DNA of 64,000 nucleotides from Parachlamydiales bacterium (GTDB lineage Bacteria; Chlamydiota; Chlamydiia; Chlamydiales; JAJFMK01): NCBI GenBank assembly GCA_963765145.1, contig CAVXVG010000028.1, positions 70,595 to 134,594 of the forward strand, read 5' to 3'. Shown piece by piece: positions 47,514 to 58,397 of this stretch (position 1 is its first letter; each line of letters starts with the position of its first letter). The notes under the pieces were generated by a model. It saw only the letters and a program-made list of their open reading frames with translations, ran no database searches and was not told where the DNA came from. The position numbers and the translations under genes were made by a program.

Positions 47514-48104
47514 ATGACAGAACAACAACCTACAGATAACAATTTCCCCAAAGTACAAGACAGGATTGAAGCTTCGCTGTTAAAAGCGCGGCGCCTTTTC
47601 CTTTCAGGTCCTGTAGAGGAAGAAAGTGCCAGAGATCTCATTGAAAAGCTTTGGTATTTAGAATTGGAAAACCCAAAAAAACCGATTCTCCTTGTCATCA
47701 ACAGCCCAGGTGGTTCTGTTGATGCAGGCTGGGCCATTTGGGATCAGATCAAGATGATCACCTCTCCGGTTAAAACTTTGATCACAGGTCTTGCTGCCTC
47801 CATGGGCTCTGTCCTTTCTCTAGTGGCCTCTAAAGGGCATCGCTACGCGACACCTAACTGCCGCATCATGATTCACCAACCAATGATTGGTGGTGTCATC
47901 CGTGGGCAAGCGACCGATCTTGAAATCCATGCTAAAGAGATTCTCAAAACAAAAAGCCAATTGGTCGACTTGTATGTTTCACAAACAGGCAGACCACGTG
48001 AGGAAATTGAAGATGCTATCGACCGTGACAAATGGTTTTCAGCTCAAGAGGCAATGGACTTTGGTTTGCTTGACGGCATTGTAGAATCGTACGCTAAGCT
48101 TTGA
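47514..48104 (+). CDS. clpP: ATP-dependent Clp protease proteolytic subunit, second paralogue
   Basis: [16 protein letters not shown] and IMIHQP. The ATG at 47514 has AAGGA upstream. Confidence 0.9.
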   Translation: MTEQQPTDNNFPKVQDRIEASLLKARRLFLSGPVEEESARDLIEKLWYLELENPKKPILLVINSPGGSVDAGWAIWDQIKMITSPVKTLITGLAASMGSVLSLVASKGHRYATPNCRIMIHQPMIGGVIRGQATDLEIHAKEILKTKSQLVDLYVSQTGRPREEIEDAIDRDKWFSAQEAMDFGLLDGIVESYAKL

Positions 48105-48857
48105 GCCATTTTTACAAATACACGGGATCGGGAAATGATTTTGTTCTTTTTGAGGACAAAATCCCCGCTCCTATTCCTCAACTTTGTGACAGAAAAAGAG
48201 GCATTGGCGCCGATGGCGTTCTCCTCCTTCAGAAATTAGCAAAATCTCATTACAAAATGAGGATTTACAATTCAGATGGATCGGAAGCAGAAATGTGCGG
48301 CAATGGGTTACGAGCCTGTTTTTTGCATCTATTGACACGCATTCCCGACGAGGCACCTTTCACGATTGATTCGATGCTCAAAAGCCACCAAGGTTGGAGA
48401 TGCCCCGATGGAGAAATTGAGGTGGAAATGGGCCCCGCTCATTTCGTTTCTAAAAAGCAGATCTTTAACGGAATTGAATGTGACCTGATCGACTCGGGCG
48501 TCCCCCACTTGGTTATAAAAAAATGCTTTGCCTGCCTCTTTCATAGAGATCGCCCCTCCCCTCCGTCATTCACACGGGGTCAATGTCAACTATGTAGAGA
48601 TAGACAACGGTGGTTGGAAAGTGTCTACTTACGAGCGAGGAGTAGAAGGGATCACCGATGCGTGCGGCACTGGTGTTGTCGCTGCCGCCCTTTCCCTTGC
48701 ACTGCATGAAAAAGTTTCATCTCCCTTGATCTTATCGACCCCCGGAGGCGACCGTTTAACGGTAGGCTGGTACGGACAACCCGAAAAACCAGAACAAGTC
48801 ACCCTCAAAGGAAAAACGGCTTTGGTCTTTGATGGGCGTTTCGGTATAATAGACTAA
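48101..48857 (+). pseudogene. dapF: diaminopimelate epimerase, split by a frameshift in an A7 run (48517-48523)
   Basis: GSGNDF and MCGNG in the first ORF; ACGTG (DACGTGVVAAAL) in the second. Removing one A restores ...PHLVIKNALPASFIEIAPPLRHS... Confidence 0.85.
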
Positions 48858-48875
48858 AAACAACAAATAGTCCCT

Positions 48876-49919
48876 ATGGCAAAAGCACCCACAAACTCTC
48901 TACCCCAAGCTCAAAATCCTCTCATTCTTAGATGTAGCAGGATCATGGAGGCTTTTGCAAAATCTGACGACGAAAGAGATTTCTTCTTAGATAAGACTGA
49001 AGGATTTTTGTTTTTTGTCGATTGCGACAAATCTCCGGAGGAATTGGCCGCTTTAGACGCAGAGCTTAAGTCTAGCCTCGAGCGTTACATTGCCATCCCA
49101 AAATTGACATTCTATGAAACAAAAAAAATCATGGAAGGATTTGTCAATGAAAAGGTTTACGACATTGACACTAAAGAAAAGCTGCTTGATATCATTAGTG
49201 GTAAAGAAGCAAGAGACCATTTTCTAGAGTTTATCTACGACCACCTGGCTGAACTTGAAAAATGGCAACAATACTACCAAGAAAGATCTCGCATCCGAAT
49301 CATCGAATGGCTCCGAAGCCATGCCTTCGACTTTGTTTTTGAAGAAGATCTCGACCTGCCTAAGTCAACGATCGAAAAATTAAAGGAAAACCTTTTTGAA
49401 ACATCGGTTCCTAAAGATTTAGCCTCTGCAAGAAAAGCGCTACAGGCAAAAGCTAAAACTTATTACTCAAACGAAGCTTTACATCCTCGCCCCAAACGAG
49501 GACGACCACCCAAACAGGTGACAAAAACTGAAATTGAACCACAAATTTCTTTAGACATTTACACCCAAGTTCCAAAGTCTATTCGTCCTTTCCTCTTTAC
49601 ACCTGAAATTAGTGCATCACTTGGCGCTTCTTTCTCTTCTAAATTTGACTCTGACGACCTAACAGGAAATCCTCGCAAAACTTTTCTTGAGAAAGATTTG
49701 GAAACAGCCTCTCTTGATGACAAGTTGGCCTCACTCCGCAAGCTTTCTACCCTAGCCGCCGCTCCTAAAGTTGAGGATGATTTTTCTCTCGACGATGATG
49801 ATGACGAGGATGAAGATGACGATCTCGACGACGACGACATCAAACCAAAAAAGGCCGCCGCCAAGGCTAAGGCCACAAAAAAACCCGCCCCCGCCAAAAA
49901 ACCCGTTAAGAAGAAGTAA
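48876..49919 (+). CDS. hypothetical protein with poly-acidic tract followed by a Lys/Ala/Pro histone-H1-like tail
   Basis: C-terminus ...DDDDDEDEDDDLDDDDIKPKKAAAKAKATKKPAPAKKPVKKK. The N-terminal domain was not recognised. Confidence 0.6.
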   Translation: MAKAPTNSLPQAQNPLILRCSRIMEAFAKSDDERDFFLDKTEGFLFFVDCDKSPEELAALDAELKSSLERYIAIPKLTFYETKKIMEGFVNEKVYDIDTKEKLLDIISGKEARDHFLEFIYDHLAELEKWQQYYQERSRIRIIEWLRSHAFDFVFEEDLDLPKSTIEKLKENLFETSVPKDLASARKALQAKAKTYYSNEALHPRPKRGRPPKQVTKTEIEPQISLDIYTQVPKSIRPFLFTPEISASLGASFSSKFDSDDLTGNPRKTFLEKDLETASLDDKLASLRKLSTLAAAPKVEDDFSLDDDDDEDEDDDLDDDDIKPKKAAAKAKATKKPAPAKKPVKKK

Positions 49920-49925
49920 TGAAGG

Positions 49926-50218
49926 TGTGGGCGCTGGTACCTCAAGCACCGGAATGCCCTCATTTGAATAAAACGGCGACATCGGCCTACGCAGTAGAGC
50001 CAGATGTCGCCGTTTTATTCAAATGAGGGCATTCCGGCGTTGAGGGCGCCCAATTAGATTTCTACCTTCGGCTGTAAAAAGCTCTGCAGCCTCTTTAACA
50101 GGATTTTTACGCACTGCCTGCAAACGGCCATCTTGCGATAAACGGCGTCGGGCACGTTGTAACGTTCTCTTCAAGCCGTTTTCGCAACCTGGCCATTTTC
50201 GGCTAGTGCTAAAATCCC
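49926..50218 (-). repeat. composite C+B repeat, copy 4 (inverted)
   Basis: Reverse complement of the 2186-2478 architecture. It starts 7 nt after the stop codon at 49919. Confidence 0.85.
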
Positions 50219-50281
50219 ACCAAGCAACTTGTTTTACGCGATACCGTTGTTACATAAGTAACAAACAAAGAGCTTTTTTCG

Positions 50282-50378
50282 TTCGCGAAGCGTTTGGAGT
50301 GCGCAGCTCCTGCTGCGCTTTCACTTTTCACTGATAAGTCAAAGCGCAGCAGGAGCTGCGCACTCCAAACGCTTCGCG
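50282..50378. repeat. family-A palindromic element (variant 3)
   Basis: The inner stem is gcgcagctcctgctgcgc / gcgcagcaggagctgcgc. Confidence 0.9.
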
Positions 50379-50432
50379 TAATTCAATGAAAGACGTTAAA
50401 GGCACTGCTATAGCAAAGATAGAAATTGCATT

Positions 50433-50548
50433 GGGGCACCTGAAGAGGCTCGAAAGAGCCTCAGTTGAAAAAACGAAGACCTCGGCTCTACTCCGTAGGC
50501 CGAGGTCTTCGTTTTATTCAAATCAGGCCTTTCGAGCCCTTCAGGTTA
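50433..50548 (+). repeat. solo module-B hairpin
   Basis: aaaacgaagacctcggc tctactccgta gccgaggtcttcgtttt forms a perfect inner stem. Confidence 0.8.
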
Positions 50549-50580
50549 GCGGTTAAAGACGACGAAGGATAACTTCTGGG

Positions 50581-51528
50581 TCATGGCGTCGAGAAGTAAC
50601 GTTTCGAGAACCTCGTGGCGCAGTTAGGACACCACATATCCTCATTACCAAGATAGATAGGGCACTCTGGGTTCACTGCAATGATTTTAACATCTGGATG
50701 GCGTTGCTTCATCAAATTTAGAAACCCTTTATCATCCTTAGAAAGACCAACACAAATGATCGCATCTACATCTTCTTCGTGATCCTTCTCTACAACAACT
50801 TGTCTTGAAATCCGTAATGGACGATTTCCCATCCGCTCATGCATTGGGTCTAAGTTTTCTGTGAGAATTTGTTGGTTTGTCACGTAAGCTAAGTGGCTCA
50901 ACGCTAAATGGCTTTTTGAAGGATCACCTTTTTGACAAGCATTGTAAAAAGCGATGACCCCTTCTCCTATTAGCTCAGGGGCATTAACCCAGTAAATCAC
51001 TGTTTCGATAATGTTTTTTGCAATTCCAAGTTTCTTCTCGAGCCCTTGCATGTCAGGTATGCCGGAAGCTTTAGAAATCCCAGCCCCAGAGTAAAAGAGA
51101 ACTTTTCTTCCACTTACCCAATCTTGTAAATCTTCTTTGCCGATTTCTACCGGGGTTGCACATTCATATGTTAAAGGCTCTGCAAAACAAGCTGCATCTC
51201 TTCTTTCAAAGATGCCGATAGCTTCAACCCACGGATCTATTGCGCTTGTAGAATATCCGAAAATGTACTTGCCTGGACTTGAGGAGATGAACAGGGCTCT
51301 CTCTCCTGCATTCAAAATATCCCAGTGCTTTTCAGAAATTTCAAGCGCAAGCGTGAAGTCATCTCCATCAGCATTAAAGCCAAATCGAACACCATCTCGC
51401 TCGTACCCCATTTCGAAAAGATGGTCGCTATACCCATCTACAAATGTTGGGGGGGCAAAAAGAACAGCAGAGACTATTCCCGGTAAGAGTGCTAAAAGTA
51501 GTGCTAACTGAATAAACATCCGTTTCAT
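50581..51528 (-). CDS. signal-peptide protein with C-terminal SIR2-like (SIR2_2-type) domain
   Basis: Signal peptide MKRMFIQLALLLALLPGIVSA. FYSGAGISKASGIPD matches GAGxSxxxGIP, and TENLDPMHE is close to QNID.LH. No clear catalytic His was identified. Confidence 0.5.
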   Translation of the reverse strand: MKRMFIQLALLLALLPGIVSAVLFAPPTFVDGYSDHLFEMGYERDGVRFGFNADGDDFTLALEISEKHWDILNAGERALFISSSPGKYIFGYSTSAIDPWVEAIGIFERRDAACFAEPLTYECATPVEIGKEDLQDWVSGRKVLFYSGAGISKASGIPDMQGLEKKLGIAKNIIETVIYWVNAPELIGEGVIAFYNACQKGDPSKSHLALSHLAYVTNQQILTENLDPMHERMGNRPLRISRQVVVEKDHEEDVDAIICVGLSKDDKGFLNLMKQRHPDVKIIAVNPECPIYLGNEDMWCPNCATRFSKRYFSTP

Positions 51529-51663
51529 ATCGACCTCTGAAAAGATCAGGTTTAAACTTTATCAAACTACTTGAATTTTTCATTAACCTTTTTTCGCCCC
51601 GTTTAACCTACTAAAAATCAACTTTCTTCCCATTCTTTTGTCAATTCATGTAAAAAGGTCGGC

Positions 51664-52509
51664 ATGAAAACGACCTCCTTTTTCCACATTTTTTTGTTCA
51701 CCTTTGCCTGTTTGTTCTCAAACGAACAAAACACCTTCGTAGTGATAGGCTCTCCCATTTACAACCCAGGCATGTTCAGCGTATTACATACTGTCATCGG
51801 CACGTTGGACCTGTTTGAAAATAGGGGCTTTGGGGGCATTGAGGTTGATTTTGGAACCTCTGGCCTCTATTACGACACAACAAAAGGTCCAAATTGGTGG
51901 ACCTATTACCTAGAGCCTCTTTTGATCGGCAATAAACAGGGCAAAAAAATTGTCCCTTACCGTTTTATTTTTCATAGCTTACCAATGGCCAACCGATCAG
52001 AGTTTGGAATGAACAGACACAGAGCAGCAGAAATCATCACAAATTATTTTCAATTCAAAGCCCATCTCTTGCGGATGGTCTACGACTATTGTGACGCTAA
52101 CTTCAAAGGGAAAAGAGTCATTGGGGTGCACTATCGAGGCACCGACAAAAAAGTGGAATCGCCAAGAGTTCCCTATAACAAAGTTTTAAAAGAGATAGAA
52201 AAGGCGATCAGCCCAGACGACATGATTTATGTGGCTACAGACGAGTCAGGGTTTCTTGATTTTATCCGGAACCACTTCCCAGACCAAACCCTTTCCATTG
52301 ACGCGATAAGATCAAACAACGAACGGCCCATCCATCTAGGATCTGGTGGAAGCGGTTATCAAATAGGCTTAGAGGCGATGCTCGATGTCCATCTCTTGTC
52401 GAGGTGCAACCTTCTTATTCGGACAAGTTCGAACTTAAGCCTGTTTTCCACCTATCTAAACCCCGATCTTCCGGTCATTGTTTTAAACGAACGTCATCAC
52501 CCTGGTTAG
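51664..52509 (+). CDS. putative glycosyltransferase (fucosyltransferase/NodZ-like motifs) with N-terminal signal/anchor
   Basis: VIGVHYRGTDK and IYVATDESGF resemble the HxRRxD and (S/A)TDd motifs of the fucosyltransferase superfamily. This is weak. Confidence 0.3.
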   Translation: MKTTSFFHIFLFTFACLFSNEQNTFVVIGSPIYNPGMFSVLHTVIGTLDLFENRGFGGIEVDFGTSGLYYDTTKGPNWWTYYLEPLLIGNKQGKKIVPYRFIFHSLPMANRSEFGMNRHRAAEIITNYFQFKAHLLRMVYDYCDANFKGKRVIGVHYRGTDKKVESPRVPYNKVLKEIEKAISPDDMIYVATDESGFLDFIRNHFPDQTLSIDAIRSNNERPIHLGSGGSGYQIGLEAMLDVHLLSRCNLLIRTSSNLSLFSTYLNPDLPVIVLNERHHPG

Positions 52510-52560
52510 ACTACCCTGTTACCCATAGGTTTTAAACTTGCCCGTGCCCTTGCCCGAAAA

Positions 52561-53363
52561 CTAGCTTGCTCTCGATTCCCAGTGCTTCAAAATGAGGGTT
52601 TCAAGGGCCGCCTTCAGTGGGGCATTGACCCAAGGAAGATTGTCGATGACAGCTTTTGCGTGACGAAAATATTGATCGATCTGCTCAGGACTCGACTTTT
52701 CCGGAGGAAAGTTGATTAAGTCAGACAGGTTATCAAATTTGTCTGCCATTTTGACCATTGCAGCGCCCGCAGTTTTACCGGCGGCATTTAAAACCTGCTG
52801 CTCTTTTTGCACATGGTGAGGTGCTGACGTATCGTTTGTCACCTCTTGAACCATACTCGCTACATGCGGCCCATCAAGAGAGGCAATTTCGTCAAACGTG
52901 GTCTCGGTATCTTCAATTGTATCGTGTAAAAGGGCCGCAATAATCGACCTCTTTCGTTGCCACTTTTCCAATCGTTAAAAGATGGGTAGCGACTCGGATC
53001 GGATGGATAGATATTCAGGGTGTTTTTTCGACATTTTTTCTCACCTGATCTTGGTGTTTTTCGGACGCAAAAACCACTGCTTGCAGAATGTTTTCCAAAT
53101 CAGCGTGGGTCAAGCCTTTCCCTTCAAGGTACGCTTTTTTCTAGTTCACCATAAAAATAATCAAAAGCGGCAAGTACTTGGGGATGGTTCGGAAGTTGTT
53201 CTCTATACATCTCTTTTTCGACAGTTAAAGTCTGTACAGCCGAAGGTTTAGCCGCCGTTTTATAGGCCATTCCGGTGGTGAATGTGAAAAGGATCGAAAG
53301 AATGATGTATAGGAATGGATTATTCATGAACAAAAGCCCTATGTAGAAGTGTAATTCTCCCAC
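52561..53363 (-). pseudogene. HD-domain (p)ppGpp-hydrolase-like (SpoT-N/MESH1-like) gene broken into at least 3 frames
   Basis: Frame 1 reads signal-like N-terminus ...GELEK. Frame 2 reads AYLEGKGLTHADLENILQAVVFASEKHQDQVRKNVEKTP*. Frame 3 reads IHPIRVATHLLTIGKV.... Frame 4 reads IIAALLHDTIEDTETTFDEI.... Together these reconstruct the HD hydrolase core. Confidence 0.6.
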
Positions 53364-53458
53364 AAAAATCCTTTTAATTCAAATAATAACTAGCATAAAA
53401 CTTCAGAAAGCACACGCATCAACTAAGAGAAAGCTTCCTATAAAGTTAATGTTATTAA

Positions 53459-54354
53459 TTAGAAGTGGACGCCGGCGCGGAGAGTGAATTCGATCGATCG
53501 CCAGGTGGCATTATGGATGCGGGCGCTCTCTCCCGGGTCGCCAATGGCCGCAAAAGAGCCGGCCCTTGGAGTGACTTTCCCCTTCCAAGCCCAGTAATTC
53601 TGGTATTTCATTCCCATTCCAAGGTCGAGCCAACCACACATCCGATAGGTAGCATCGACAAAGACCACACTTCCATAGCTGTTACTAGCATTTCTAACAT
53701 CCGAGAACGACCCTCCAAAAATGTCTGGCCCTGCAAGGGTCCAATTCGCGTGCCAGTCAGAAAAATGGAATTCATAAGCCGCGGTAATGGCCAAGCCGAT
53801 GAAATAAAAGTGGGTTTCGAGCCCCAAAAAGGGACCTTGCCACCACATTTTATAGTTTAAACCGTCCAATGTGGGGCAGCTACCCCATCGGTCGTTGCAT
53901 GGCTCATCTTGATCCGTTGGCTGTCATAAGACCAGCCAACAACTGGCCCAATCAAAAAATTGGGGTGGAAGCAAAAAACATACCCCCCGGCAATGGTTCC
54001 GTCTAGGGTATTACCGTCATGGATTTGAGCTTTTGTTTCAGAAACCAGTGTAAAAACTTGTCGATCGTAATAGCGGCCATGGTCAAAAAAACCGGTCTCT
54101 CCGTCAAAACGGACAAACCAATTTTGCCCTAAAAGAACCTCACCTTTAAGTCCCGCCTCAAAAATAGAGAGATTTCTGCCTCTTAAATTATCAGATCCAA
54201 AAAAAGTACCTGCAGGCAGATCGACATAAATTTCGGTAGAAAGAGTGTCATACCGATACCCTCCAACAGCATCCAAAGAAACTTCCCAATCGAAAGCCAT
54301 CAGGGGCGCTGCAGTACAGCAGGAAAGTAAAAGTAAAGTTCTGATCAACATCAT
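53459..54354 (-). pseudogene. beta-barrel outer membrane protein, split by a frameshift near 53860
   Basis: Signal peptide MMLIRTLLLLSCCTAAPLMA, alternating aromatic beta-strand pattern, and terminal ...LRAGVHF. The two ORFs overlap by 13 nt. Confidence 0.6.
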
Positions 54355-55370
54355 TATCCTGTCATGGCCGCTAAGACGCGCCGTTTGCCTTTAAAAACAT
54401 TACGTCCATGCATCGCCAGAACGTTATCCAACACTAAGACATCCCCTTTTTGCCAAGGAAATTTAATGGTATTGGCATCTAGCACATCATGGATGTGGTA
54501 AAGATCCTTTCTCGGGATTTCGGAACCATCTCGATAGCAAATCTCATGCAATTTAGTGTGCTTTCTAAAGTAGAAAAGTTTAGCCCCAATATAGCGCCAT
54601 AAGCCTAACAAGCGAGGGTTAAAGTCGTATAGGTGGGCTTGGTTAAACCAGACCGATTCATTGGTTAAAGGGTGGGCCATAGTTGCAGGTCTTTCCTGCG
54701 TCAAGCGGATCCAGTCATTGGCATTCCAGGCATAACTAAAATTGCATTCACGGCACAGTTTTTCCACTTCCCCTTTGTTCTCTGTCTCAAAAACGTTCAT
54801 CCAGGTCTTGTGAGACGGCTGTAAACTGTTGAGAAGATCCATCACTTTGCTTTTGTGATAGTAACAAGAGGTATACTTTAGGCCATTTTCATCAAAACGC
54901 TTTCTGACCTCTCGATCGACACATTGATAGATTTTTCTAGCATCGCCCAAAATCGTTTCCCCATCTTTTTCTGGGGCCACATGGCAATAAAAATAGATAT
55001 GCTTTGGGAACTGATCGACAAAAGAAAGCTCATTGTGCAAAGGAATTTTAATGGAGGGGGGGGCCTCTGTAGAGGTGTATATCCCTTCGGCCACCTTGGT
55101 TCGAGGACTGTCGCCGCCAATGTAATTTAAAAACTCGCCGAGCCCAAAGGCTTTGATAAAAGCAGAAAAATCTTGTTCAGAACAGACAGGAAAGCCTCTA
55201 AATAATAGGCCTCCGGCGTTGAGCAGTTCTTTTTTTAGATCTTCTCTGTTACGGATGACAAATTCTAGCGCTTCAGGAAATGTTCTGATCGTCGCTGTTG
55301 GTTCGATGACTAAAGGAAGGTCACAGTTTGTGATCCGCTTGGTCTTAAATCCTGCCATGTTACACCCCAC
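54354..55370 (-). CDS. Fe(II)/2-oxoglutarate dioxygenase, TauD/TfdA - clavaminate-synthase-like
   Basis: GGLLFRGF, LHNELSF (HxE facial triad) and VLVLDNVLAMHGR. Alternative ATG at 55358. Its stop overlaps the OMP start (TAATG). Confidence 0.75.
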   Translation of the reverse strand: MGCNMAGFKTKRITNCDLPLVIEPTATIRTFPEALEFVIRNREDLKKELLNAGGLLFRGFPVCSEQDFSAFIKAFGLGEFLNYIGGDSPRTKVAEGIYTSTEAPPSIKIPLHNELSFVDQFPKHIYFYCHVAPEKDGETILGDARKIYQCVDREVRKRFDENGLKYTSCYYHKSKVMDLLNSLQPSHKTWMNVFETENKGEVEKLCRECNFSYAWNANDWIRLTQERPATMAHPLTNESVWFNQAHLYDFNPRLLGLWRYIGAKLFYFRKHTKLHEICYRDGSEIPRKDLYHIHDVLDANTIKFPWQKGDVLVLDNVLAMHGRNVFKGKRRVLAAMTG

Positions 55371-55441
55371 TTAAAACACGGGATGTAACACGACGAAACT
55401 GACTCTGTCAAATTAAAACTACTCGGCCTCGTTGCATAATT

Positions 55442-55553
<112 letters not shown>

Positions 55554-55559
55554 ATATAA

Positions 55560-58312
55560 CTACTCGGCCATGTGGTAAAAGATGGCATGATTTGGATAGC
55601 TAAACAGCGTGGAAGCTGTCTCCATGATCCCATCGTTAGTCAGCAACTTCTCTCCGCGACTTTGATCCAAAGCAACTTTTGGAGAAATGTCAAACATTTC
55701 AGTAAATTTCAGCGTAGCAAGCCAGTATGGGTTAGAAAGGCTGCTTCCTTTGACATAATCAGAATAAGAGGCTTTGACATGGTCAATTTCTTCAGAAGAG
55801 AACACCCCATTTTTCACCCTTTCAACCTCTTTAATAGCAAGCTCTGTCATCAATTGCCTATCTTCAGGCTGGCAACTAAACTCAACCTGCAGCTGCGCAA
55901 AAGAAAGATCGGGGCTAAAGGGCCTCAACAACTTCACATCGACGCCGTAAGTTTTTCCATGTTCAGCCCTTAAGACTTGCCAAAGCTTGTTTTTCAGAAT
56001 CTGTACAACAGCATTTGCAGGGACTAAAGTTTGATGTTTTTGGAAAACCGACTCGACATCAACAGGGAAATAAAGGACGCAAGAGACCTGGTCCTGTTGC
56101 CCTTGCAAAAATTCTTGCTCCACATTTTCTGTCAACGCTGAGACAGGCAGAACTGATGGGTGCTCCACCTGCTGTTCTCCTCTATGGAGAGAGGCGATAT
56201 ATTTTTTAACAAACGTTTCTACCGATGCCGTATCAAAATCTCCCACGATGACAAAGGTAAAGTCGGCCGGATGACCAAAAAGGGTGTAAAAGGCCTTTTT
56301 AGCATCTTCTTGGTTAATCTGTTTTAAATCGGTCTTTCGGAAGGCATAGTGGTTGGCTGTCGTCAACTGTTTAACAAATCGAGAGAACTTTGCAGCAGGT
56401 TTTTTTTGTTCCTTCTTCTGTATTTCTTCTCTTAAGTTGATCTCTTTTTCCATGCTTTTTGGTCAAACTGCGGATTGGTGAAGAGCTGGTGAACAAGTTG
56501 AAAAGCCGTTTGCAATTGATCCGATTGGGCTGTGTAGTCAACTGTTCGTGACCCTAAACTGATATCCCCATTGATGGTGATCCCTTTGTCTTCTAAAAAC
56601 AGCTTTTTCTCGTAGCTTGATAGCCCTTTTAACCCATCCAAACCCCATTCTGCAAAACTTGCACTGGCAAATTCTTGCTCAGGAAATTGGGCAAGGCCCC
56701 CCTTTGCAACCGCAGACAGATAGACTTTCCCTTTTTCAAGATCTGTATGTTTTAAAAGAACTTTAATTCCGTTTGAAAGAACCCACTGGGTAATGCCCGT
56801 AGCTGGGTCCATCGTGACTTTTTGGATCATCCCGGCCGGTGCATCGGCCTCTAAATTGACTTCGACTTTTTTTGTAGAGAATTGGGTAAAAGGCGCCCCT
56901 TTTTTGCTGTAGGCAAAAAGATTCTCTCCCTCCACTTTCTTTTTTAAACTTTCTGAGGAGGTTGCGAAAAGAGCAACGGCAGGTTTACCAAGAAGATACC
57001 TGGCACTTCTATTGAAATCGTCCAAGGTCAAGCTATCGATCGCTTGAATGGTTAGCTGAATGTCTTTTTCATTGCTAAGGAGTGCGTCATTATAGAAGAA
57101 ATGATTTTCAAACTCTCGGATTTGGTATTCGTTGCTAAGCTTATCGAGGTTCTCTAAATCGCCCTTTAACTGAAGAATTTTTTCCTTTTTGTAGTCGTTT
57201 AATTCATCTGATGTAAAGCCTAATAATTTGATCCTTTCAATTTCTCCAAAAATGGCTGTCAACCCATTTTCGGCATCTTTTTCAAAGAAATTTGCCTCAA
57301 CAAAAAGTTGATCAACACCTCTTAAATGGCCCCACTCAAGGTTAAAATCATGAAATTCCCCCTCTTCTTTTGCTTGGTCAAGACGATGGGCCAGAAGAGG
57401 AAATAATATCCTCTTCAACACGTCTGCTTTTCTCTTTTCCATTAAAGATAGGCTCGAAGTGTTTGGTGTGGGGGAAGAAAAGATGAGTTCAACCCCACTA
57501 TTTTCTAGTTCCGGATCGAAAAATAGACTTTGTTGATTTTGTTTAGGATAGGTCAGGCCAAGTGTAGGCTCTGTCGGCTGACCCGGAGGATTCATAATCT
57601 TCCCAAATAGGTTTTGAACCTTTTTTTCTACCTCTTTGCCGTCGAAGTCTCCTACTACCATCACGGCCATCCGATCGGGTCGGTACCATTTTTTGTAGAA
57701 AGTTCTTAAAGTTTCTGGCGTTACAATAGAAATAACCTGTTTTGTTCCAATGGGAAACCGGTTCACTAGGTGAGAACCTGGAAAATTGGCAGCTATTAGC
57801 GCTTTAAACCGACGCTTGTCAGGATTTGCAAAGTCTTGGTTCATCTCATCGAGAACGACGTGCCGTTCCTTTGCAATGGCCTCATCTCGCAAGCTTGCGA
57901 ACCCGGCAAAATCGTGGAGGATCAAGAGACCTTGATCAAAACTTCCCTCTTTATCAATCGGCAAGTCGATATAGTAGGTCGTGGTTTGAAAGCCTGTCAT
58001 TGCATTACGATCGGCGCCGCCTAGCGACTGCATAATTTGATCAAGCTCTCCATCAACAAAATGTTTAGACCCTCGGAAATTTAAGTGTTCTAAAAAGTGG
58101 GCAATCCCCCGCTCATGATCTTGTTCGTTGACCGACCCAACCTTTACAACTAACTGTAAAAAAGCTTTCCCTTCGGAATGATGGTTCTCCTTGACGTAGT
58201 AGGACATCCCATTCTTTAATTTCCCTTGTAAAACTGGACTTTCTTGGGCTGAAAAAGCTAAGAAAGGTTGTAAAAGGAATAATAGAATAGCTATTAAGTA
58301 CATAAGCCCCAT
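55560..58312 (-). pseudogene. secreted M16 (pitrilysin/insulinase) family zinc peptidase, paralogue 1, split near 56440
   Basis: Signal peptide and the HFLEHLNFRGSKHF (HxxEH) motif. The 626-aa and 297-aa ORFs are colinear with the paralogue at 60161-62804. Adding one G after TGG restores ...KAWEKEINLREE... Confidence 0.8.
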
Positions 58313-58397
58313 TTAATTAAAGGAAGTACTATTATATCACTTCTGAATAAAGATAGAAACAAGTAGAATCGCACGGATCTTAACAAAAGGAACCTAA

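Noticed and set aside
56432-56453. Programmed ribosomal frameshifting as an explanation for the split M16, dapF and other genes.
   Set aside because: No slippery heptamer plus downstream structure is seen at the junctions. The indel contexts are heterogeneous and both +1 and -1 corrections are needed. Sequencing error or mutation is the simpler explanation.
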